From the NCBI GenBank assembly GCA_039683575.1, contig JBDKRC010000168.1, positions 1 to 18,903 on the forward strand: 18,903 nt of DNA, read 5' to 3'. Below are positions 1-7,045 of the stretch, in pieces (position 1 is the stretch's first letter; each line of letters begins with the position of its first letter). Position numbers and translations under genes: made by a program. The DNA comes from Armatimonadia bacterium (GTDB taxonomy: Bacteria; Armatimonadota; Zipacnadia; Zipacnadales; UBA11051). The notes under the pieces are model-generated. The model was not told where the DNA came from. It did not search any database and saw only the letters and a list, made by a program, of their open reading frames with translations.

Positions 1-67
1 CCAGATCATCCGGCAGCATGTCGAGCACATATCGCCACTCAGTTCCGATAAGCTCGGTGATTTCCAT
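1..67 (-). CDS. Partial (5' end only) probable IS4-family transposase, MEITELIGTEWRYVLDMLPDDL...
   Basis: Translated by hand from ATG at 67-65 and open to the window edge. The W-x-x-x-L-x-x-LP-x-DL pattern resembles N-termini of some IS4 transposases. It lies just inside the putative IR. Only 22 aa are visible. Confidence 0.55.
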   Translation of the reverse strand, partial: MEITELIGTEWRYVLDMLPDDL

Positions 68-102
68 GCTACAAGTGTAGCCGGAACCGGGATGGACGTA
101 AA
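68..102 (-). promoter_or_regulatory. Putative sigma70 promoter for a leaderless IS transposase transcript
   Basis: Minus strand: TTTACG (102-97), 17 nt, TACACT (79-74), 6 nt, ATG (67). No Shine-Dalgarno. The -10 lies within the palindrome GCTACA-AG-TGTAGC (68-81). Confidence 0.45.
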
Positions 103-123
103 GAGCTTAAGTTTACGCGTATG

Positions 124-344
124 CCCCTTCGGGGTCACCGACTATAGCCAGGGGTGCAACCCCTGGTACCACCGCCATACCTCTCCAGGACCCCGAAAGG
201 ATCGCCAGACACCGCCGGGGAGCGCTCCGCCAAACCCACACCGTTCCCGCCGTCTGACCCCAACGGGGTCACCGAATATAGCCAGGGGTGAAACCCCTGG
301 TACCATCGCCATACCTCTCCAGGACCCCGAAGGGGTCACCCGCC
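124..344 (+). repeat. REP-like palindromic cluster (2 units, 134-bp spacing) directly downstream of the Y1 transposase
   Basis: Hairpins CCCC-TTC-GGGG (124-134), CCAGGGGT-GCA-ACCCCTGG (148-166), degenerate GACCCC-GAA-AGGATC (189-203), TGACCCC-AAC-GGGGTCA (255-271), CCAGGGGT-GAA-ACCCCTGG (282-300) and GACCCC-GAA-GGGGTC (323-337). Same family as 15167-15643. Confidence 0.92.
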
Positions 345-345
345 T

Positions 346-798
346 TTAGTCCCACAAATAACGTTCATCATAAGCCACCCCCTGCTTCATCAAGAAACTC
401 CGGTACTCTTCCTGGAAACTGATCTCCCGGTGGTGCTCCGCCTGATTGTTGATATATCGGGCAACCTGGTTGAGCCCGTTGACGCTCACGCCGAACATGC
501 CGTAACCGGTCTGCCACGCGAAATTGCCCAGATCCGGGAACGTATCGTGAATCCAACGCGATGACCCGACCTTCAAAAGCTTCACAAGCTGCGCTGGCGG
601 CGTCTCCTTGCCCAGCCCAACTAGAAGGTGTACATGGTCATCAGGTCCGTTGATCGCGACCGGGATACAACCATTCGTGCTCGCGATACCGCCGAGATAC
701 TCATGAACCCGAGGCCGAACTCTCTCCGTGAGGTACCGCGCGCGGCTCTTGGTGCCGAAAACAAGGTGCACATGTACACTGAGGAATGACTGCGGCAT
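346..798 (-). CDS. tnpA: IS200/IS605-family Y1 (HUH) tyrosine transposase TnpA, REP-associated (RAYT-like), 150 aa
   Basis: N-terminal HLVFGTKSR, HUH motif DDHVHLL, WQTGYG, catalytic Tyr in RYINNQ, C-terminal EHH...SFQEEY...YDERYLWD. No adjacent tnpB. Palindromic repeats end a few nt past the stop codon. Confidence 0.93.
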   Translation of the reverse strand: MPQSFLSVHVHLVFGTKSRARYLTERVRPRVHEYLGGIASTNGCIPVAINGPDDHVHLLVGLGKETPPAQLVKLLKVGSSRWIHDTFPDLGNFAWQTGYGMFGVSVNGLNQVARYINNQAEHHREISFQEEYRSFLMKQGVAYDERYLWD

Positions 799-806
799 TC
801 TGCTAT

Positions 807-829
807 CCCCCCTGGCGCGATGGGTGACC
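807..829 (-). repeat. Degenerate inverted half-copy of the REP upstream of tnpA
   Basis: Minus strand GGTCACC-CATCGC-GCCAGGGG versus repeat consensus GGTCACC-GANNATA-GCCAGGGG. Its G-run lies 8 nt before the tnpA ATG. Confidence 0.5.
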
Positions 830-850
830 TTCCATGCGGTATCTACCCCC

Positions 851-1882
851 TTACAACTCCACCGCCCGCCCCGTCTCCGCCGCCTCCACCATCGCCACCA
901 GCGCCTTCGTTATCTGCAGCCCGTCCTCGCCCGTGATCAGCGGCGTCTCGTCCCGCAGGCAGCAGTTCACGAAATGCTGGAAAGCCTGGTACACAAACCC
1001 CACCGGCACTCCCATCACCTCGCCATACAACGTCCCACGGTCGCTTTCCTTGGCATTTGTGGCCATCTGGAAAGTCGGCCGCGCCGGGTCAATGTTGACA
1101 TACCCCTCAGTGCAGATCAGCTCGAACTTGCTGTCCACCATGTAGGGCATGCTCTCGGGCATGATCCAGCAACTCTCGAAGTTGCCCACGCACCCGTTCT
1201 CGAACTCCACCGTAGTCTGGTAGAAATCCGGCGTATCAATCCCCATGCTCTTGAGCTTCACCGACCGCGCCACCGCCGTGACTCGCTTGGCCTCCGACCC
1301 AAAGTACCACCGGGCGATGTCATACCGGTGGCAGATCAGCCAGAACGGAAGCTGCGTGTTGGCCGACCATGACAGCATCTTCGTCGGCACATACAGCGTG
1401 TTGTTCAGCCGCGCGTAGCAGTACAGCGGGTCGCCCAGCGCTCCCTGATCGAGGCTGTCCTTGGTCTGAGCAAACGAGTGCATCCAGCGGTTGGACCAGT
1501 TGACCATCAGCTTCTTGCCCGAAGCCTTCTGCGCCTTCAGAATCGCCTCGGCATCCTCGACAGTCGTCGCCATCGGCTTCTCAAGCAGCACGTGCTTGCC
1601 CGCCGCAAACGCCGCCTCCGCCACCTCCCGGTGCAGATGGTCCGGCAGCACCAGCGACACCGCCTCAATCTCCGGCATCGCGAAGAGCTCGTTGTAGTCG
1701 GTGAAAGCGTGCCGCGCCCCGTACTGCAGGGCAGCCGCCCGCGCCCGCTCTTCATTCAGATCGCACACCGCCAGCAGCGTAGCATCCGGCGCCACCGCCG
1801 CGCACTTGACATGGCTCTCCCCCTGCACCCCAGCGCCAACGACGCCATAGTTCAAATTTCCGGGAGCAAATGCCTCGATCAT
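851..1882 (-). CDS. Gfo/Idh/MocA family NAD(P)-dependent oxidoreductase, 343 aa
   Basis: Rossmann motif YGVVGAGVQG, H-x-L-x-EKP motif (HVLLEKPMA), strong SD AGGAGGT at 1896-1890. Confidence 0.93.
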   Translation of the reverse strand: MIEAFAPGNLNYGVVGAGVQGESHVKCAAVAPDATLLAVCDLNEERARAAALQYGARHAFTDYNELFAMPEIEAVSLVLPDHLHREVAEAAFAAGKHVLLEKPMATTVEDAEAILKAQKASGKKLMVNWSNRWMHSFAQTKDSLDQGALGDPLYCYARLNNTLYVPTKMLSWSANTQLPFWLICHRYDIARWYFGSEAKRVTAVARSVKLKSMGIDTPDFYQTTVEFENGCVGNFESCWIMPESMPYMVDSKFELICTEGYVNIDPARPTFQMATNAKESDRGTLYGEVMGVPVGFVYQAFQHFVNCCLRDETPLITGEDGLQITKALVAMVEAAETGRAVEL

Positions 1883-2027
1883 GATCCCTACCTCCTGCAG
1901 TACTCACCAATTCTCTCCCCCATACCCCCGCACCTGCCCCAGGCGCGTCGCCCGTTCCCACCTCTCCCATATAAGCAGGTCCGCGACTCCCGCATTTCGG
2001 CCAAAAACTTCTCCGCCTCGCCTCACT

Positions 2028-2062
2028 CTGACAACTGCTGACTGACAACTGACAACTGACAG
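2028..2062 (+). repeat. Heptamer tandem repeat (CTGACAA)x5, degenerate
   Basis: CTGACAA CTGCTGA CTGACAA CTGACAA CTGACAG at 2028-2062. Confidence 0.85.
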
Positions 2063-2078
2063 TGCTATAATCCGCCCC
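2042..2078 (+). promoter_or_regulatory. Sigma70 promoter with extended -10 for a probably leaderless miaB mRNA
   Basis: CTGACA (2042-2047), 18 nt, TATAAT (2066-2071) preceded by TG at 2063-2064. The ATG follows 7 nt later and there is no SD. Confidence 0.75.
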
Positions 2079-3437
2079 ATGCCTGACCGCTACTACATAG
2101 ACACCATGGGCTGCCAGATGAACGAGCGGGACTCCGAGACCATTGCCGGAGTGCTCGAAGGGCTCGGACTGGTCGCCACTCAAAGCCCCGATGACGCCCG
2201 CGTCGCCGTGCTGAATACCTGCGCCGTCCGCGAAAAGCCCGAGCACAAGGTCTTCTCTCGTCTCGGCGAACTGGCGCGCCTCAAGCAACGCCGGCCGGAG
2301 ATGGTCATCGCAGTCTGCGGCTGCATGGCCCAGGTGGGCGTGGACGAGATTCGCAAACGGGCGCCCTATGTGGACGTAATCCTCGGCCCCCGCAACCTCA
2401 AGTCACTCGGAGAAGCCGTCAAAAACGCTCTCTCTGGCCCTTGCATAACGGTATCCACCGACGTCGGCGAATGCCCTGACGAGAAGCTCCCGGCGGCGCG
2501 GACCCCGGGGCTCTCCGCCTTTGTCAACATCACCTACGGCTGTGACAACTTCTGCGCCTACTGCATCGTGCCCTATACCCGCGGCCGCGAGATCAGCCGC
2601 CCGGCAGACGAGATCCTCGCCGAAGTCCGCGGCCTCATCGCCGACGGCTACCGCGAGGTAACCCTCCTCGGCCAGAACGTGAACAGCTATCACAGCCCCA
2701 GTGAATCCGCTACCGTTGCCTGTAGGAGCGCTCACCAGAGCGCGATCGGGGACTCCATCACCTTCGCCCAACTCCTCCGCCTGGTCGGAGCTGTGGACGG
2801 CCTCTGGCGCCTGCGCTTCACCACTTCCCATCCCAAGGACCTCTCCGAAGACCTCCTGCGCGCCATTGCCGAGACCCCTGCCGCCTGCGAGCACCTCCAC
2901 CTGCCCATCCAGGCGGGCGATGACGTGGTACTGCAGCGCATGGGCCGCCGCTACACCTATGCTCACTACAAAGCGCTCGTGGACCGCGCGCGGGAGATCG
3001 TGCCGGGGATCAGCGTGACCACCGACGTCATGGCGGGCTTCCCTGGAGAGACCGAAGAGCAGTTCAACAACACCATGAGAGCCTTCGAGGAGATCCGCTT
3101 CGACCAGGCTTTCATGTTCAAGTACAGCGACCGTCCTGGAACGAGAGCGGCGAAGATGTCGGACAAAGTGCCCGAAAAGGTCAAGCAACAACGTCTGCAG
3201 CGCCTGGTTGACCTGCAAAACCACGTCGCGCGAGAGATCAACCAGGGACAACTCGGGCAGGTATTCGAGGTGCTGGTGGAGGGACGGGACGAAAAGTCAC
3301 CCGAGAAGATGCGGGGGCGGACGCGACAGAACAAGCTGATGATCTTCCCCGGCGACGAAAACCTCATCGGGAAGTTGGTCAACGTGCGCGCGGAAGAAGC
3401 CTATCTGTGGGGGTTTGTGGGGGTCTCGGAGGGTTAG
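2079..3437 (+). CDS. miaB: tRNA-2-methylthio-N6-dimethylallyladenosine synthase MiaB (radical SAM methylthiotransferase), 452 aa
   Basis: N-terminal TMGCQMN (MiaB-type), NTCAVRE, CGCMAQ, radical SAM motif CDNFCAYC, LLGQNVN, RFTTSHP, GFPGETEE, C-terminal TRAM domain. Confidence 0.96.
   Translation: MPDRYYIDTMGCQMNERDSETIAGVLEGLGLVATQSPDDARVAVLNTCAVREKPEHKVFSRLGELARLKQRRPEMVIAVCGCMAQVGVDEIRKRAPYVDVILGPRNLKSLGEAVKNALSGPCITVSTDVGECPDEKLPAARTPGLSAFVNITYGCDNFCAYCIVPYTRGREISRPADEILAEVRGLIADGYREVTLLGQNVNSYHSPSESATVACRSAHQSAIGDSITFAQLLRLVGAVDGLWRLRFTTSHPKDLSEDLLRAIAETPAACEHLHLPIQAGDDVVLQRMGRRYTYAHYKALVDRAREIVPGISVTTDVMAGFPGETEEQFNNTMRAFEEIRFDQAFMFKYSDRPGTRAAKMSDKVPEKVKQQRLQRLVDLQNHVAREINQGQLGQVFEVLVEGRDEKSPEKMRGRTRQNKLMIFPGDENLIGKLVNVRAEEAYLWGFVGVSEG
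2722..2746 (+). repeat. GTAG-type REP hairpin inside the miaB coding sequence
   Basis: GTAG-GA-GCGCTC-ACCA-GAGCGC-GAT, lying in an elongated loop after GQNVNSY. Confidence 0.65.
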
Positions 3438-3460
3438 CGAGCCAGGAAAGCCACAATCTC

Positions 3461-6328
3461 ATGAAACTCAAGATCGTTGCCTGCGGAGTATTGGAGCCTG
3501 AACTGGGCCATCTGGCCCGCGAGTCAGCTCACTCGATCACACTTGAGCTCCTCGAAGCCGGCCTCCACGACCAGCCGGACAGGTTGCGCCTCGAGGCTCA
3601 GGCCGCCATCGACCGCGCCTCAACAGAGGGCTACGACGCTGTCGTACTCGGCTACGGTCTCTGCGGGCGTGGCACCTCCGGCCTCATCGCCCGCACTATC
3701 CCCGTCGTCATCCCCCGTGCCCACGACTGCATGACGCTCTTCATGGGCTCCCGGCAGGCCTACCGCAACCAGTTCACCCGCAACCCCGGCACCTTCTACC
3801 TCACCGCGGGCTGGTACGAACACAAGGTCCGCCCGCCCGGCCACGAGCGCGAAAAGCACTACGAATCCTCGCCTGATGTCGAGCAGGACCCCCGCTTCGC
3901 CGCCCTCGCCGCCGAGCATGGCGCAGAAGAGGCCAAGTACATCATCCACTTCCAGGATAGCTGGAAGCGCAACTACAGCCGCGCCGCCTACATTGACACC
4001 GGCCTCCCCGCTCCCGAAAAGTACGAAAACTACGCCCGGCAGATGGCGCGCGACCTCGGCTGGCAGTACGAGCGCGTCTCCGGCGACCCCCACCTGCTGC
4101 GCAAGATGCTGAGCGGCGACTGGGACGAAGCGGAGTTCCTGGTCCTCCAGCCCGGCCAACGCTCGGCCACCAGCGGCGACGAGGGCCTGCTGGCAGCCGT
4201 GGACATGGAGCAGCCGCCTGCCACGCCTCCGACCAGCACAAGCGAGACTTCTACGGCCGTACGAGCGGCTTCCAGCCGCGAGGGTGGAGCGCATGGAGCC
4301 GGGCTTCCAGCCCGGCGGGTTACGCAACCCGACCACGTCGAAGAGCTTCCCGTGCCCTCATCCCTCGGCACCCTCGGCCTGGGCATCGACGCCGGCGGCA
4401 CTTACACCGACTGCGTTCTCTACGACCTCACCCACCGTTGCGTGATCTCCAAAGCCAAGGCCATCACCACCCACCACAACCTCAGCGTCGGCATCGCCGA
4501 GGGCCTCAGCAAGCTCGTACTGCCCGAGAACACTCGCGTCACCCTCGTCGCCCTCTCCACCACCCTCGCCACCAACTCCATCGTTGAGGGCAAGGGCGGC
4601 CGTCCCGGCGCCATCATCATGTCTCCCATCTCCTTCCGCCCCGGCGACCTCAAGTGGCACACGCTCCGCCACGTCTCCGGCGCGATGAGCATTCGCGGCG
4701 AGGAACTTGAGCCGCCCAACCGCGAAGAGATCGAGGCCGCGGTACGGAGCCTTCTCGCCGACGGTGTGGACGCTTTCGCCGTCTCCGGCTACGCCAGCGT
4801 CCGCAACCCCGAACACGAACTCCTCGTCCGCGACGTCATCGGGCAGCATTGCGACTTCCCCGTCGTCTGCGGCCACGAACTCTCCATGCGACTGGACTAC
4901 CTCGCCCGCGCCAACACCGCAATCCTCAACGCCCGCCTCCTAAGCGTCATCGGCAATCTGCTGCAGGCCGTCAAAACCTCCCTGGCCGAGATCGGCGTGC
5001 AGGCCCCGCTGATGGTAGTCAAAGGCGACGGCTCGCTCATCAACGAGCAGACGGCCCGCGAGCGGCCCGTCGAGACGATCCTCTCCGGCCCTGCGGCCTC
5101 GGTCTCCGGTGCCCGCCACCTCACCGACATCACCGAAGGCCTCGTCTTCGACATGGGCGGCACCACCACCGACAGCGCGATGCTCAGCCAGGGCCTCCCC
5201 CGCATTCACCCCGAGGGTGCGACCGTGGGCGGCTGGCGCACCAGCGTCGAGGCGGCCGACATCGCCACCATCGGCCTCGGCGGTGACAGTCACATCACCT
5301 TCAACGCTGACCGGGAACTGCTGGTCGGCCCGCGGCGCGTGCTACCGGTCTGCTATCTCGCCGCCGAAGCACCCCAGATCAAGGACGCGCTCCGGCGGAT
5401 GGACCCCAACCTGATCACCAACCGGGGCAACTCCCAGGTGCTCGAGTTCTTCCGCCTTGGGCGTGACCACGAAGACACCCCTCTGGATGACCGCTCGCTG
5501 CGGATCATCGAGGCGCTGCAGGACGGGCCGCTCTCGCGGGAGCAACTCGGCCGCAAAATCGGCCTGATCGAGGCCTCGCTGCTGCGGACGGAAGCGCTCG
5601 AAGACCTCGGCTTCATCCAGCGCTGCTCGCTCACCCCGACAGACCTTTTGCACGTCACCGGCGAGTTCGCGTCCTGGGACCTCGAAGCAGCCCGAATGGC
5701 CTTGAGCGTCTTCGCCGGTCTCTACGGCGTCGATCCCGACACAGTGATCGAGCGCGTACGCGACCAAATCGTGCGGCGTCTCTGTGTGCAGGTCATCCGG
5801 CACGTAGCGGGCGACGAACGGGCGCCCGGAGCCAGGGACTACCTGCTGGACGTCGGCCTCTCGGAAGCCTACACCGGCCCGCTCCAGGTTACGCTGACCT
5901 ACAATGACACCATTGTCGCCTGCGGGGCGCCGGTGCACCCCTTCTTCCCCGAAGTGGCCCGCCGCCTCAATGCCCGTCTGGTCATCCCCCGCCACGCCGA
6001 GGTTGCCAACGCCATCGGCGCCGTGGCGAGCGAAGTGGTCGCCCGCGAGACCGCGATCGTCCGTCCCGGAGAGTTGGCGGCGTACGTGGTCCATTCCCGC
6101 GCAGGCAAGCGGGAGTATGACAAGCTGGAGACAGCGCTGGAGGCAGCCAAAGCCGAGGCACAGCGCCTGGCAGTGGAACGGGCGGGGCGTTCCGGCGCCG
6201 CACAGCCGCAGGTTCGGCTGGACGTGGACGAGCGGCGGGCGCTCCTGGCCGATGGCCAGGAAGAGCTCATTGAAGTCATCGTCGCCGCCACAGCCTCCGG
6301 CCGCCCGGAGATCGGGGCAGCAACGTAG
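3461..6328 (+). CDS. DUF1638-like domain fused to a hydantoinase A/oxoprolinase-family (ASKHA-fold ATPase) domain, ~955 aa
   Basis: Likely start ATG 3461 after AGGAAAG. N-terminal IVACGVL, GLHDQP, LGYGLCG, IPRAHDC, GTFYLTAGW. After a low-complexity linker: GIDAGGTYTD, STTLATN, NPEHE, ETILSGPAAS, DMGGTTTD, GLGGDS, ANAIGA. Confidence 0.85.
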   Translation: MKLKIVACGVLEPELGHLARESAHSITLELLEAGLHDQPDRLRLEAQAAIDRASTEGYDAVVLGYGLCGRGTSGLIARTIPVVIPRAHDCMTLFMGSRQAYRNQFTRNPGTFYLTAGWYEHKVRPPGHEREKHYESSPDVEQDPRFAALAAEHGAEEAKYIIHFQDSWKRNYSRAAYIDTGLPAPEKYENYARQMARDLGWQYERVSGDPHLLRKMLSGDWDEAEFLVLQPGQRSATSGDEGLLAAVDMEQPPATPPTSTSETSTAVRAASSREGGAHGAGLPARRVTQPDHVEELPVPSSLGTLGLGIDAGGTYTDCVLYDLTHRCVISKAKAITTHHNLSVGIAEGLSKLVLPENTRVTLVALSTTLATNSIVEGKGGRPGAIIMSPISFRPGDLKWHTLRHVSGAMSIRGEELEPPNREEIEAAVRSLLADGVDAFAVSGYASVRNPEHELLVRDVIGQHCDFPVVCGHELSMRLDYLARANTAILNARLLSVIGNLLQAVKTSLAEIGVQAPLMVVKGDGSLINEQTARERPVETILSGPAASVSGARHLTDITEGLVFDMGGTTTDSAMLSQGLPRIHPEGATVGGWRTSVEAADIATIGLGGDSHITFNADRELLVGPRRVLPVCYLAAEAPQIKDALRRMDPNLITNRGNSQVLEFFRLGRDHEDTPLDDRSLRIIEALQDGPLSREQLGRKIGLIEASLLRTEALEDLGFIQRCSLTPTDLLHVTGEFASWDLEAARMALSVFAGLYGVDPDTVIERVRDQIVRRLCVQVIRHVAGDERAPGARDYLLDVGLSEAYTGPLQVTLTYNDTIVACGAPVHPFFPEVARRLNARLVIPRHAEVANAIGAVASEVVARETAIVRPGELAAYVVHSRAGKREYDKLETALEAAKAEAQRLAVERAGRSGAAQPQVRLDVDERRALLADGQEELIEVIVAATASGRPEIGAAT
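4259..4316 (+). repeat. Two REP-like hairpins in the interdomain linker of the fusion gene
   Basis: GTAC-GA-GCGGCT-TCC-AGCCGC-GA (4259-4281) and GGA-GCCGGGCT-TCC-AGCCCGGC (4295-4316). Both share a GGCTTCCAGCC core. Confidence 0.7.
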
Positions 6329-6361
6329 GCAGGGGTTCAAGCCCGCGGTCCCGCGGCCGAT

Positions 6362-6390
6362 TTGCGCGAATGCCGAGAATAGGCTATTAT
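6362..6390 (+). promoter_or_regulatory. Putative sigma70 promoter of the XRE/thioesterase/AMP-ligase operon
   Basis: TTGCGC (6362-6367), 17 nt, TATTAT (6385-6390) in an AT-rich intergenic patch. Confidence 0.5.
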
Positions 6391-6441
6391 GTTATGTTTA
6401 CGGGTCTCGATTGACATTCCCATTAGTCGTGAGGGTTGAAC

Positions 6442-7020
6442 ATGCAGTCGGAAAATCGCGTAGGATTGAGGATTCAGCAGCTCCGGGATCTTCTGAACGT
6501 CTCCGTCTCTGATCTGGCCGAGAGGACAGGTCTTGAGGAAGACGTTATCGCCCATATCGAAGGCGGATCTCTCATCCCCTCGCTGACGCCCCTGGTCAAA
6601 ATCGCCCGTGCCCTTGGCGTACGCCTGGGCACTTTCCTCGATGATGAAGAGCAGACGGCCCCGGTGATCACGCGGGCCAATGAGGCGCCTGATGTCGTGC
6701 ACTTCTCGGGCAACGGCCTCGGTTCGCTCCAGAGCACCCTGGACTTCTTCTCACTGGCGCGCAACAAGAAGGACCGCCACATGGAGCCCTTCCTGATTGA
6801 AGTGCACCCCGCTGCGACCCGCGAATTCCCGCTCTCAAGCCATGAGGGCGAGGAGTTCCTTTACGTGCTATCCGGGGAGATCGAAGTAGCGTACGGCAGG
6901 GACCTCCACCGGATCGGAGCCGGCGACAGCGCCTATTATGACTCCATCGTGCCCCATCACGTCCACGCTGCCGCCGATGAGGCAGCGAAAATCCTCGCTG
7001 TCGTCTACACACCCGTATAG
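6442..7020 (+). CDS. XRE-family HTH + cupin transcriptional regulator, ~192 aa
   Basis: HTH region LAERTGL...IEGG...PSLTPLVKIARALGV. Cupin motifs HEGEEFLYVLSG and GDSAYYDSIVPH. SD GAGGG 6 nt before ATG 6442. Confidence 0.92.
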   Translation: MQSENRVGLRIQQLRDLLNVSVSDLAERTGLEEDVIAHIEGGSLIPSLTPLVKIARALGVRLGTFLDDEEQTAPVITRANEAPDVVHFSGNGLGSLQSTLDFFSLARNKKDRHMEPFLIEVHPAATREFPLSSHEGEEFLYVLSGEIEVAYGRDLHRIGAGDSAYYDSIVPHHVHAAADEAAKILAVVYTPV

Positions 7021-7045
7021 AGACTCTGTATTGCGAGCATCAACT

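Larger units (their letters stand above)
1..123 (-). mobile_element. Left end of a probable IS4-family (IS231-subgroup-like) insertion sequence, running off the window
   Basis: Minus strand 123->106 reads CATACGCGTAAACTTAAG, resembling IS231-type ends (CAT...AACTTAAG, recalled rather than searched). A promoter and a transposase-like N-terminus follow. The end abuts a truncated REP hairpin at 124. Confidence 0.65.

Noticed and set aside
346-850. IS605-type element with TnpB/omega RNA
   Set aside because: No tnpB or iscB ORF on either side. The neighbours are REPs and an oxidoreductase.
3407-3460. ORF-track start of the 973-aa fusion at 3407
   Set aside because: It overlaps the miaB 3' end. 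ATG 3461 has an SD-like AGGAAAG and begins the recognisable domain.
2079-6328. Idea that the hydantoinase-like protein acts on the hydantoin-form tRNA base ct6A together with the methylthiotransferase
   Set aside because: The enzyme has the MiaB-type GCQMN signature (i6A substrate), not MtaB. Adjacency is the only support.
6411-6416. Perfect TTGACA upstream of the XRE gene
   Set aside because: No plausible -10 hexamer 16-18 nt downstream. The 6362-6390 pair fits better.
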